From positions 68,200,001 to 68,264,000 of the forward strand of contig CM060731.1 of NCBI GenBank assembly GCA_030704615.1: 64,000 nucleotides of DNA, read 5' to 3'. A program made the translations under genes and the position numbers. The notes under the pieces were generated by a model, which saw only the letters and a program-made list of their open reading frames with translations, was not told the origin of the DNA and made no database searches. This document shows, in pieces, positions 52,325 through 64,000 of this stretch; the first letter of the stretch is position 1, and every line of letters starts with the position of its first letter. This DNA comes from Takakia lepidozioides. Taxonomy: Eukaryota; Plantae; Bryophyta.

Positions 52325-55300
52325 TAGTAGGGTCCTTGCACATACCGTCAAGATCTTTGTGTAGATTTGGGATAATATCTTGTTTTATAGCCCTAATTAG
52401 CTATTTTTTACTAGACAATTGATAACTAATGTGGCACGCCCCCCATTGTGCCCTCATATCAATAATCATATTTATGTTTCAACTTTATTACTAGATTATT
52501 AAGTAAGACCTAAGACCTTATTTGCATTTGCAAAAATACATCAACAAATTGTTTTATCAATCTGCTTTTTTAAAGGAATTTCCATTATAAAAATTAAATC
52601 AATTTGGTTGTCACGTAAATATAGCTTTCCGCTATGAAAAAACTAGTAGTTCCACTTAGAAGTACTTGAGATAATAGAAGAATTGGATCTAAACGCCAAC
52701 CTTGAAAAATTCGTCATATTTGTGTTGAACTTGAGAAAACCCAATAAACCAATAGGTTGGCTTTTGTTGCACACAAACAAGAAATCAGACTAGAGGTACA
52801 AGACTAGACAAGAAGTCAAGGTCGGCGTGGCCCACCCTCCGTGCTTTCATTCGTGAGGCCCTTAGTGGTTACTCATCAATTTACGGATGGTACTCATTAC
52901 AATAATAAAAGATTGTATTTGGAAATAATTTTAATTCTGATTACTGATGGAAAAAAAAAAGGGGGGGGGGGGGGGGGGTTTGTGGGGTTTTTTATTTTTA
53001 TTTTTATAAAGAGAAAAAAAATCCATTTCTTTCATCAACTATATAAATAAGAAGTATTGAGATATGGCCCACCCCCGAAAGGGGCAGTAGCCGTAAGGCG
53101 ATGTGGCTCTTAGTTACGCTGACTTTGGCCGGAGTCTTCTCTCTCTCTGTCATGGTTTTAGTCATGGTTAACTAGAATTACCTACTTCTAGTTAACTAAG
53201 ATATTTTGGATATTCATATTTGTATTTTGTGTGTTGGGACTTCATTTGGTCTCACATGCCAAGTGAAACCTCACTTGGGACATGGGGATAGGTTTTCCCT
53301 TTGTGAGCGTTGAGGAGGGCTCATCTTCTTGTAGTTGAGCCTCCATGAGCCTCTCCCACCTCCATAGCTCTAGGTATTGAGAATGAGTGTGGTGAGAGCT
53401 TTGTAGGGTGGATTCCTTTAGCAAAGGTAGTTTATGTGATTGAGTGGATTCATGAGTGGAGTGTTTTCATTGTGTTCACTTTTATTATCACTACAAGAAG
53501 ATTACCTTATGCTTGTGAGTGGGGAGTGTAAGGGTTAGTTTAACACTTGTGTGTTGAAGAGCTTGGGAAGATAGCTCTTGTGTTGCAAGGTGTTGCATAT
53601 ATTGCAAAGGAAAATCCTTGTGGTGTTAGGGCTTTGAGAGATATTGCTTTGCCCTAAGGAGGTGGAGAGCTTAAAGATGGAGCTCTTGTAGATCACAAGT
53701 CTTTGCAAGGAAAGGTACTTGTGGTATTACACCAAGATGTTGGAGAGCTCAAGAAAGAGTTTGTTGCCACAATATTTGCAAGGATTGCAAGAGGGAAGTC
53801 TTGTGTGTGTAGAAGCATGGATTCTAGGGTTTGAGAATCATTTATATGCATTATGGAGTCAATGGTATGTGCCATGGTTTGAGGAGAGCAACCAAATGAT
53901 TGTTAGTGCTCATTTCACTATCAATCTAGGGTTAAGCAAGCTCAATTGTGGATGTTCTGGAAGAGAAGCCAAGGAGCTACATAGGCTTAGGCTTGAAGAC
54001 AACAAGGGCAAACACTTGGAGAGTAGGAAGCTCAAGAGGTTTGAAGGGAAGCATATGGGTGAAAATTCTATCCATGATGATGTGAAACCAAGCCTAGAGC
54101 ATTGAAGAGCTTGGAGCACATGTGTGAGATCATTGGAGGTGGTCTTCATGAAGAAAAGAGATTGTGGCTCAAGGCATGCATAACAAATTCAACCATACAT
54201 TAGCTTGTGACAAGACAAGGAAGGAGAAGGTGAAGCTTATGTATTCATTCTTTTTTGGCTTAAGTTTTGTGGTGGATGGTTGATCAAACAAGTGATGCTT
54301 ATGTGGAGCACGCTTCCCAAGTGTGGCTTCCAATTTCAAGCTTGAGGAGAACTAGAAGGTAAAGGGAGCAAGTTGATTCCCTTGTGTATGAGGTGATGCA
54401 TGTGTGGAGCATGTTTTTGGCTTGAGCTTTGCAATTTCAAGCTTGAGAGGAGTGGCTCTTGAGCTAGCAAGTGAATGGAGCACCCATCATGCAAGGATTG
54501 GGAACCTTAGTGAGATTGTTTGAGAGACATATTCTTGAGGGCTCCTGGAGAGTTATTTGAGAGACCCTTGAAATGTAGTCTTGTCTATTGTTCAAGCAAG
54601 AGAGTGTGGAGATAAGGTAGTGGGATGAGGGCATGCTGGGATTAGGAATTGCTTTAGTCTCTCTTCCTTGTAGTCTTTCACCCTCTCTGTAGGCCAAAAA
54701 TTTTCCGTAGGTGGAGGCAAGAGTCAGTCCGGGTTTGGGCTGGGGTATCATTGCAGGAGCGACACTGTGGAGTGTTTTTGGTGTGGGGAGTTGCCGTCTT
54801 GATTTTCTTGTGTTTGGATCCCCTCCACACCTGCATGCTTGACTGTGCGCCATGTCAGCTTTGTGTGGGCGCTTGTTTTCATAGGAGGTTGGTCCGGATT
54901 TGATCACCGATCAATCCTAGAGCGTGCTGTCGGTGGTGAGGCTGGGGTGATGACCAGTCAGACCATCATTGTTTCTCTTATGGTGAGGCTGGGTTGATGA
55001 CCAACAAACCATAGGAGTGCTTGCGGTGGATGCAGGTGCAGGTTTATGTTACGAACCTAGTAGTCTAAGCCATAAGCTGCAAAAGATTCTTTACCCGGTT
55101 ACCTTGTGGAAAGGGGGATTAGAGACATGTTTACAATAAGTGTGGTTGAGAGTTTTCATCACGGAGGTGCCACCAATTGCTGAGGAGAGTGCCGGTACGA
55201 GCACCAGCGATACTAGTGGGTATACAAGACGAGGTGTGCGGTTTAGGCCACCTTCACCTTCAGTGTCTTCTGAGGAAGGTTCAGACTCGGAGTCAGGAGG

Positions 55301-58300
55301 ATTCTCGCCGAGGGTGCAAGTCATTTCTGTGCCATTGTTGTGGGACACGATGGAGGAGATGTATGGAGCTACCAAGGGCCACGTAGGTACTCTGGAGCTG
55401 TGGGCACCATCGAGCTTGATGACTTCATACAAGAGCTTGATGACTTCATACAAGGGTTTGATAGTTGGTGTGATTTGCAGCAGATGCGCAATCCACAACT
55501 GTTTACGCCTTTTATGGCGTGGAAGGGGCTGTTTCAGCACCTTGAGGGGCCGCCCATGGATGACTACCATGAGTTTAGGCGGGGACATGAGGTGGAGATT
55601 GAGGAATGACGGGTGTATTGGTCACCTGACTATGTCTCCATCACTAGAGGCACAAGGGCAGTGGTGACACAGGCAGCTACATCGGCAGCTTTTGCAAGCA
55701 GCAGTGGGACGTCAAGTGGAACAGGAGCTGGGAAGTCCACCCAAGCTCATGTTGCAGCAACAACACCCGTGCCAGCCTTTAACCCAGTTGTGGAGTTCTT
55801 CGAAGAGTTAAGGAGAAACTACCAGGGGATAAAGACGGAGAAATTGCGGAGCTTGCAAGAGTTCCAACGAAATCCTGCCGAGAGTTTAAAGGAGGCTTAC
55901 ACGCACATGAGGCAATTGATAAATGTAACCCAAGGGGTTACAGAAGCTCAAGCAGTCCAATTCTGGTATGGGATATTGGACAAAGAGCTGAGGAGAAGGG
56001 TGCGGGATGCAACTCTCCTACAAGTAGCCCAACCCACCTTAGCAAACGTGTTTTTGCTGGCAGAGCGGATAGAGCTCAATATGGTGGAGGAGCGAGTGGT
56101 CATGGTGGGGTTCGGTAAGGAGACACAACGAAGTGGGGCTCTTAGCCAATAACAACCACTACCCCAACGTGCTCAAGGCAACAAAGGGGCTCAGGCGAAG
56201 CCCCGGGAAGGACCGAGAGGATCTCAATTGCAGAGGTCACTTCCTTCATTCTCAGGCCAACAACAGTCGGGAGCGACATGTTGGGATTGTGGAGGACCCC
56301 ATGTTGAGAGAGATTGCCTAGAGAGAGGCAAAGGGTCGGCACAGGCACAGCCTATACAACTACACTATGGGCATTGTGGCAAGTATGGGCATGAAGAAAC
56401 CCATTGTTATAACTTGCATCCTGAGCTACGGCCAGGCCAGTTCCAAGGGAACAACGGTGGCCGAGGACGAGGCAATGTATTCCAGAGAGGTAGAGGAGGC
56501 AGAGGTCGTGGTGGAGATTATAACCAAAACCAAGGAGCACAGGGTCAAGGTCAAGATCATGACCAAGGCATGGTGGATAGGCTTGCCCAGCTAGAGCAAC
56601 GTCTTGCTACCATGGCCACTACTCATGTTGCGCCAGCTCCAAGGCCTGAGGTTCAAGCCCCACCTGCACAACCTCCTATGCCTAGGGAAGACCAGATTGG
56701 TATGGGCTTCATGTGTGGAGCCGCAGTTGTAGGACCATTGCATGTGGACTCTGCAGTTGCTGTCACTCGAGCAGCAACGCGTGCTCCTGAGCCAAGAGGA
56801 GCGGATGTGGATTTTGATCCACAAAGAGGGGAAGCAAGTCGGCAGACAAGGCTTCCATAGTCTTTCACATTGGCTGAGACAGTGCCAACTATGCCATTGA
56901 TGGCACCCGCTCGCCCAAGTGTGTCAGAGGTAGAGCCACGAGTGCCACTAGGGAGAGTTGGTATGGCTCGGGAAATGCCAGTGGGTGGTACTGCAAAGCA
57001 AGGTGTAGCCAGTATATTGTTGGGGGCGGCTACGACAATTTGTCAAGCTCCATTGTTTTCTGCCACGACAATTGCAATGCCGGGGATGCGGCCAGCTGCA
57101 GTGTTTAGACTGGCAGCTGCACTCTGTGAGAGTGGTGATGCATCGGCATTATCTGCGGGGATAACGGATCAGGTGCAGTGCATGGATGCCCTAGATTCAA
57201 GGGTGAAGACAGCCACAGCTGCGCCACGGCAAGCGGCAGCTGCAAGGTTGAAAGAGTTGCCAACTAGACCAACCATTGAGCGTAGTATGGTGACTCCTGG
57301 GGTAGTCCTGGTGGACAATCATGATGGTGTGTTTCAGTTGGGTGGCCCAGCCGGGAGGAGGTATAGGCCACTGCGGGTCTTGTTGGACTCGAGAGCACAA
57401 CCATTGATGTTGGGGAGAGCAACAATTGCAGGCTTGGGCCTTACAGAGGCGGATTTGGAGCCTTGCCCTTTCCAAATTCAAATATCTTTTTGCGGTTCAG
57501 AGAAGGCACGAGGGATTACACGCCATGAGCTCTTCATTCGATTGCAGTCAGATCATCCTACAGATGGCTCTGTCATGAGAGCTAAAGCCATTGTTACGGA
57601 CGCGATGTCTTATGATGTGTTTGTTGGTGGGGCTGTGTTATACCCGATGGGCTTTACTTTGGACTTTTGGAAGGAAACGACATCCTATATGCCGGAATGG
57701 CAGTCAAAGGATGGTCGACGTGCACTGCTTCTAGTGCGGTTTATTGGGAATGTAGCGGTGGATCATATGAACATGATGCCCACATTGGCTGCATTCTCAG
57801 GGGTGGTGGCTTGGGGTGGTGAGCTCTTGGAGGGCAATAGCCATGCAGATGATAGGCCACCACCCAATGAGGACAAACAATTGGCATACAAGGCTGATTT
57901 GCTTCCTCATGTGCTTGTTCATATTCCACTGTGGGGTACAGTTGGGAATTTGCATCGAATAGCAGGCGAGTGTGTACACCAAACATGGCAAGAGGCCTAT
58001 CCATTGGTGAGTGAGGGGAGTTCAGTGACATCACCTGGACCTCCTCAATTAGCTCCTTTGGACACAGTGTCCATTACCTGGCAACCACCTGACTCAGGGA
58101 TTTGTTTGCTAGACCTGTTTGGAGGCATGAGCACTGGGCTTGCAGGAGTGTCGCAAGCTGGGATTAAAGTACAAAAGTACTTGTATGTGGAGAAGGATGA
58201 GATAGTTCGGCGTATTTCTATGCGTCACGTTGCCTTGCTCACACACCAGTACCCTGAGTTGCTGCCTCTCTCAGCAATTCAAGAGTACCAAAAGGCCTTG

Positions 58301-58966
58301 CCAGCAGACATTATCATGCTGGGGGCGGATGATTTAGACTGACATGATGCCATTGACTTGGTGATAGCTGGATGGCCTTGCCAATGACACTCTCCCGCAG
58401 GTCATGGGAATGGCTTGCATGATGCACGATCGCATTTGTTTTGGGAGATGTTGAGAGTGTTGCGTGACTTGCAGACGAGGCAAGTGCAACCTCTAGCCTA
58501 TATCTTGGAGAATGTTCCTCTTATGGGGGACTCTCGGGCCAGGGTTATGGCCAGTGTGCATCAGGTGCAGTCTTGGATTGGATCGGCGGTGCTATTAGAT
58601 GCAGCAGCGGTGGGATCACGCGCGCATTGACCTCAATTGTGGTGGACCAATCTTGCACTACCAGAGCTGCTCAAGAGAGCATATGATTCCATTCAACGGC
58701 CACCCAATCTCACGGTTGAGGGCATTTTGGACCAAGGGAGGCAACCACAGAGGGTGCGACATGATGACCGTCCACCTCTAGCAGTGATCAATCGAATGGG
58801 GCAGCCACGTACAGTCTTGCCTACGCTCATGAGCTTTCCCTCGTCTCATGCTTTTCGAAACAATGGTCCTGGGTTGATTTGGGACAGTGTGCTACAGCAA
58901 TTGGTGGAGCCCAATACGGATGAGCGCAAACGGGTAATGGGGTTTGTCACGGGCACTACAGCTGTG

Positions 58967-60483
58967 CACTACTACGTTTGGGGGGGGTTAGCGATGCCCC
59001 AGCGACCTCCAACCGTTGCGATTAGCGACGAGAATACTGTACGGCGCCCGGGGCGCGCCGGGAGCATTTTGTGACGTCGTAGTGACGTCGCTAATTAGCG
59101 TCGTCGGAAAATCGCAAACACCCCGGCCGTGGCGCCGGCGCGACTTGCGACGTCTGGGCATCGCGAAAAAAGAAAAAAAGAAAAAAGGAAAAAACGTTTT
59201 TTTCTGCGATGTTTTTTTCTGCGACGTCGCATTAAGGACGGCTGGAGGTCGTAAATGCGATCCCCAGACGTCACAGTAGGGGGGCACATTTGAATTTAGG
59301 TGAGAAAATTTGAATTTGAATTTGAATTTGAATTTGAATTTTGAATTTAGTAGGGGGGCACAATTGAATTTAGGTGGGAAAATTTGAATTTGAATTTGAA
59401 TTTGAATTTTGAATTTAGTAGGGGGGCACATTTGATTTTAGGTGGGAAAATTTGAATTTGAATTTTGAATTTAGTAGGGGGGCACATTTGAATTTAGGTG
59501 GGAAAATTGAAATTGAATTTGAATTTGAATTTTGAATTTTCAAAAACTAGTTGACCATTGACCGGCGTTGACCATTGACTCTGGTTTTGTCCAATGGCAG
59601 TTCATGCATTGTTCTACATATATTATGCAATGCATATTTGAATCTAGGACCTCCACATTATAACATTTCTAAGACACTGCACACTAATCAACAAATCTAC
59701 AATACATCTATGTATCACAAAAGCAGTCCAAGTATATATATACATATCAAGAGTTAGCTCCTAGTGACTACTACTATTTCAATCTTATCATTGTATTGCA
59801 GATTATGCGTATACTACAGGAGCTCTCACGGCTGGAACTTGCACCGAGACTTGTCCCCAGAGAACAAATATCTATCAATGGCCTAAAGTTTTGCAAAGCT
59901 GCATTGCACCTTATTGTTGGACAATGGCTATGGTATGAGGATGCCAAGCCCATTATGCTCTACAATCTACTCCCAGAATCAATTTTCCGCGACGTCCCCA
60001 GGACGCCGGGGAATCGCAGCGCCGCAGCCCCAGCGACGTATTTGCGACGGCCGGGCACTCCTGCGACGGCAGGAAATAGGGAAAAAAAAAAAAAAAAAAA
60101 AAAAAAAACAGTTTTTTTTTTTTTGTTTTTTTTGTTTTTTTTTCCTCGGGCATTGCGATTCCCCGCCGTCGCAAAAGCGCGGTTGGGCTGCAGCGCTGCG
60201 ACGTCTCGTTGCGATTCCCCGGTGTTGCAGCAAATTGTTGCGATGTTAGGGCGTCGCAACCCCCCCACTGCATTGGCGGGGGAATGGGGTCAGGCCCCTT
60301 TCCGACGACGGCATGGCATGGCATGGCAAGATGCCACAACGTCGTCCGAGCGCCGGCATTACGACGCCTCGACGTCGCAAGTCCCGAGCCAGGCGCTTGT
60401 GCGACGCTGCAGTTGTAGGGGGGATGACGTGTCCGGCACGTTCGGGGTCCTGGCGTCGCTAACCCCCCCTAAACGTAGTAGTG
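58967..60483. mobile_element. Non-autonomous CACTA (En/Spm) transposon
   Basis: TIRs CACTACTACGTTTGGGGGGGGTTAGCGATGCC / GGCGTCGCTAACCCCCCCTAAACGTAGTAGTG; 3-bp TSD GTG/ATG; GCGACG subterminal repeats; the MTase frame resumes after the element. Confidence 0.93.
59276..59540. repeat. Four ~60-70-bp tandem units (GGGGGCACA + TTTGAA repeats) inside the CACTA element
   Basis: Directly visible AGTAGGGGGGCACATTTGAATTTAGGTGGGAAAA(TTTGAA)n units. Confidence 0.9.
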
Positions 60484-61147
60484 ATGTCAGCTCTGTCAGA
60501 GGCATCACGACGCTAGGTGTTGGGTCAGACAATGGATCTCAATTGCTTGACATGGATCATTGGCTTGTGCATGGCTGAGCAACGGAGATTGCAAGCATTG
60601 GTGGCTACTTCTGCACTTCCAATGGATATTGCACCATCTCTGCCAACCGGGACGGTGGAGGCAGTGAGTGGGGGCGAGCACAAGATCATGGGGTGCAAAC
60701 ACCCAATGACAGATGTGGGATGAGATGCGGAAAGAGAGAGTCATTGGATCTCTCAAGCAGCAATATGAGGAGTGGGGAGAGCCATACACCGAGGATCAGT
60801 TAAAGGCCAAGGTGGCCAATGTTTTTGAAGAGGTTGAGAATGTTTCTTGCTCAGAGAATGTTCTCAAGGTGGCTATGGCGGAGCAAGTGGAGGCTACGCC
60901 ACAGTCAGATTGGATGGACAAGGCCCAAGAGGTTGCTATCTAGCATCCAAAGGATTCGTCTCCTATCTCCAAGCTTGGTGTACCCAAGGTTGTAGTCACT
61001 GAGGACAATTGGGAACCAAATCTTGGACCTATAATCACCGGAGGAGAGTGACGGAGGATCCAGCGATTTCTAAGGGCTTATAGAAATTGCTTTGCCTTCG
61101 GTTTGAGGGATTTGGGGAGTTTGAAAGGTTAGGAGATTCGTATTGAT

Positions 61148-62400
61148 TTGGCAAGTGACACGCTAATCTTTCGAAGGCCCTGCCGGTATAGTGACATGGA
61201 GAGGTCATTGATCCAGTCACGGACTATGGAGTTGTTTGAAGCTGGATTGGTGGAGTTGTCAGGCGGGGAGTATGCCTCGGCAACGGTGATGCCAACTAAG
61301 AAGGATATCCATGGCAATTGGACAGAAAGAAGGATGTATGGGAACTATCGTCCTGTGAACCGTCAGACCAAGTCCGATAGATATGTCATGCCAACTCCAG
61401 AGGAGATCTTTGATGCCATTGGGCATGCAAAGGTGTTTAGCACATTGGACTTGCAATCCGGTTACCACCAGTTGCCAATCAAAGAGGCTGAAAAGCAAAA
61501 AACGACATTCTGGGGGATTAACCAACATGAGAATGATTGCTTGTACCAATGGCGGTTCTTACCGTTTAGGCTGAAGAATGCTTTTGCAGAGTTTAAGAGG
61601 GTCATGGATAGGATTCTCGCGGGGCTAGACTTCGCCCGGTACTACATTGATGACATTATCGTCTTTAGTGCTATGGTTGAGGAGCATGAGAGACACCTTC
61701 AGGTAATGTTTGAGCGCACGGGTTGAAATTGCACCTTGGGAAGTGCAAGTTCTTCCACAACCAGATTGAGTATCTGGGCCACATGATATACCTTGGGGGA
61801 TTGGGTGTTCAAAAAACGAAGGTGGAGGCCATTGCACGCATTCCACGCCCCATAGATGTTAGCAGAGTTCGTGCTTTCATGGGGTTGGCAAAACTACTAT
61901 CGATAGTTTGTCAAGGAATTTAGCAGCATTGCAAAGGCTCTTACCAAGTTGACCAAGGTGGGTCAGGAGTGGCAGTGGGAGGAGGAACAGGAGGAAACCT
62001 TTGAGGAACTCAAGGCTCGATTGACTTCTGCACCTATTCTGAGGCGGCCTATTCGGAGGCGGCCTTTCCAGCTACATACGGATTGGAGTATGCTGGGAAT
62101 TAGAGCAGTGCTCACACAGGTGGATGATGAGGGAAGAGAGTTCGTAGTGGCATATGCTTGCCGGTCGAAGAATGATGCCGAGGCGAAGTATAGCTCATAT
62201 AAAGGGGAGTGTCTAGTTGGGGTATGGGCAGTAGCACATTTCAGATGCTATCTCTATGACAACCTCTTCACCCTTGTCACGGAATACCAACCATTGAAGT
62301 GGTTGATGGAGTCAGACAAGCTTATAAGAAGCTTGCATGGTGGGCACTTATGCTTCAAGAGTACGACTTCCAGGTAGTGCATCGGGCCGGTATAGTCAAT
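61148..62400 (+). pseudogene. Reverse transcriptase + RNase H of element C
   Basis: KKDIHG..RMYGNYRPVN, FSTLDLQSGYHQ, LPFRLKNA, YYIDDII, KCKF..IEYLGH, FQLHTDWS, YSSYKGECL. Confidence 0.92.
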
Positions 62401-62775
62401 CGGGATGTAGATGGATTGAGTCGTAATCCATGCACGAGCGAGCATGAGATACTGGAGCTCAGTGGCATGGTGAGACGGATGAGGAGATAGTGCCAGGATG
62501 GCACACATCTGCCTTTTTGTGCATCCTAGCAATGGGAGCTCAAGCTGGTCCATCCCATAGCATTGGTCAAATAGATGGTGTGCATGACATCCGAAGATTA
62601 GTGATGAGCTTGGTGGTGCTAAGGATGTGCATGAAGATGCAGCAGTGTTGGCCTACCTTCGTACATGAGAGACAGCAGCCAGTGTGACTGGTAAGGAGAG
62701 AGATCGGATCCTACAACAAGCCAAGGGTTCAAGTGGGAAGGGACTCACCTACTTCGGGTATGGGAGGATGGATGA

Positions 62776-64000
62776 GTGAGGATTGTGCCTCATCCAACAC
62801 AACGAGCACGATTGATACGCCATGCCCATGAGGAGTTGAGACATTTTGGGGCGCGGCGCACTCATAGTTTGCTACAAGGGCAATATTGGTGGCGGGGCAT
62901 GCATACGGATGTGCAACAGTTAGTGGCAAGGTGCATGGTGGAGTACGGGCTTTTTTCAATGCCCCTACTCCACAATTGCATCATTTACCCATTATGGGTT
63001 TGGGCTATCGTTGGAGTCTTGACTTCGCAGGCCCATTGCCACTGACGATTTGCCATAACAAGTATGTGCTGGTGATGGTGGAACACTTCTCCAAATGGAT
63101 TGAACTGGTGGCATTGCCTGACAAGGCAAGTGAGGGGGCTGCGTATGCATTCTTAGATCGAATGCTTAGCCATTTTGGTGCTTCAGCCGAGGTACTCACG
63201 GACCAGGGTAGAGAATTCTTGGGGGAGTTACAGGCTTTGTGTGAGCAAGCCTTGATAGATCACCGCACTACTTCTCGGGATCATCCTGAGGCTGATGGCT
63301 TGGCGGAGAGAGTGTTCAGACAGTCAAGAGAGGTTTGCGCAAGTACGGTTTGCAAAAGGGACATCTAGGAGATTGGGACCTTCAACTGCCTTGGCTAGCT
63401 ATGGGCTATAGGTTCAGCAATAAGCTTCACTTGCCTCTTTCTCACCTTATTTTCTTCTCTTCGGCCGAGAGCCAGATTTGTCTACATCTATTCATAGGGA
63501 GGCTGCAATAGTTCTCAACCTTGATGATCCGGATGTGTGGATAGAAGCATGTGCCCAGCGGGCAGAGTTGTTTAAGAGAGTCATGCCTATCGCTTTTGAG
63601 AACCTTGCTATTGCCCAACACCAAGACACATTGAGGTACGCCACTATACATGGAGGGGATATCGGCCAAGTGTTCGGCGTTTCCACCCTGGGGACTATGT
63701 GTATCTGCAGCAGACAGTGTCTAGGACCTTGGATGTCACAGTAGGACGTGTGATTCTAAGGGTCACGGAGGTGTTGCCTTCAGGAGTGTTGATTTTGAAA
63801 GGTCGAGACGGCATGATATGGAAGGACCATGTGCACAATTGTACGCCATGTCACCTTCCACATGTGGAAAAGAGGATAGATCTCAACCTTGCAGTGGTAC
63901 CTGCAGGGTTGCGTTGCATGCTATGTGGGCATGCTGGTGGTGCCGCAACCATGTTGGTATGTGACAAATGCTCAAGGGGGTGGCACATGGGATGCTTGAC
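62776..64000 (+). pseudogene. Integrase + C-terminal PHD finger of element C
   Basis: HAHEELRHFG, WSLDFAGP, TDQGREF, HPEADGLAER; final bases translate LRCMLCGHAGGAATMLVCDKCSRGWHMGCL. Confidence 0.88.

Larger units (their letters stand above)
58060..60600 (+). pseudogene. C5-cytosine methyltransferase domain of element C, with stops and a CACTA insertion
   Basis: Homologous to 45196-46215; stops at ~58340, ~58385, ~58628 and ~60514; interrupted between motifs IX and X. Confidence 0.88.
53148..64000 (+). mobile_element. Ty3/Gypsy element C: putative 5' LTR, gag, protease, C5-MTase, RT, RNaseH, integrase, PHD finger (runs off right edge)
   Basis: Starts TGTCATGG (boundary tentative). Gag knuckles CWDCGGPHVERDC and GHCGKYGHEETHC; PR VLLDSRAQ; MTase LLDLFGGMSTG, AGWPCQ, YILENV; RT LDLQSGYHQ, YIDD; RNaseH LHTDWS..VVAY; INT SLDFAGP..TDQGREF; PHD CMLC..MLVCDKCSRGWHMGCL. 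Multiple stops and frameshifts. Confidence 0.92.

Noticed and set aside
53148-54764. Solo LTR with defined 3' end and PBS
   Set aside because: No matching TSD or clear tRNA primer site; kept only as the tentative 5' region of element C.
58988-60578. ORFs inside the CACTA element
   Set aside because: Driven by GC-rich subterminal repeats and homopolymers; no transposase motifs.

Overview
Eukaryotic, transposon-dense window, most likely from a non-seed land plant (GT-AG introns, PLS-type PPR gene, bryophyte-like element families); the organism cannot be fixed from sequence alone. The most unusual region is 1-11068, the right part of a Mutator-like (MULE) DNA transposon. It holds a minus-strand GCM/WRKY-zinc-finger transposase and, divergently, a 9-exon gene encoding an N-terminal ParB/Srx-like domain (DGNHR) fused to a C-terminal beta-class amino-(N4C/N6A) DNA methyltransferase-like domain. 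Between the two genes lie ~31 tandem copies of a 116-bp unit, each with an 18-bp-arm palindrome. This resembles a ParB/parS-like or VANC-like element-encoded epigenetic module. The second notable system is a Ty3/Gypsy family (three pieces, 39.1-64 kb) carrying a C5-cytosine methyltransferase between protease and RT and a PHD finger after the integrase. One copy is interrupted by a CACTA element, and two pieces look like halves of one element split by an inversion. Host-type genes are an intact secreted ApoD-like lipocalin, a frameshifted PPR pseudogene and a small coiled-coil/TM ORF. The rest is MITEs, LINE 3' fragments and degenerate TE remnants. Splice sites, TIRs and TSDs were read by eye, and domain calls rest on motif recognition, not database searches.
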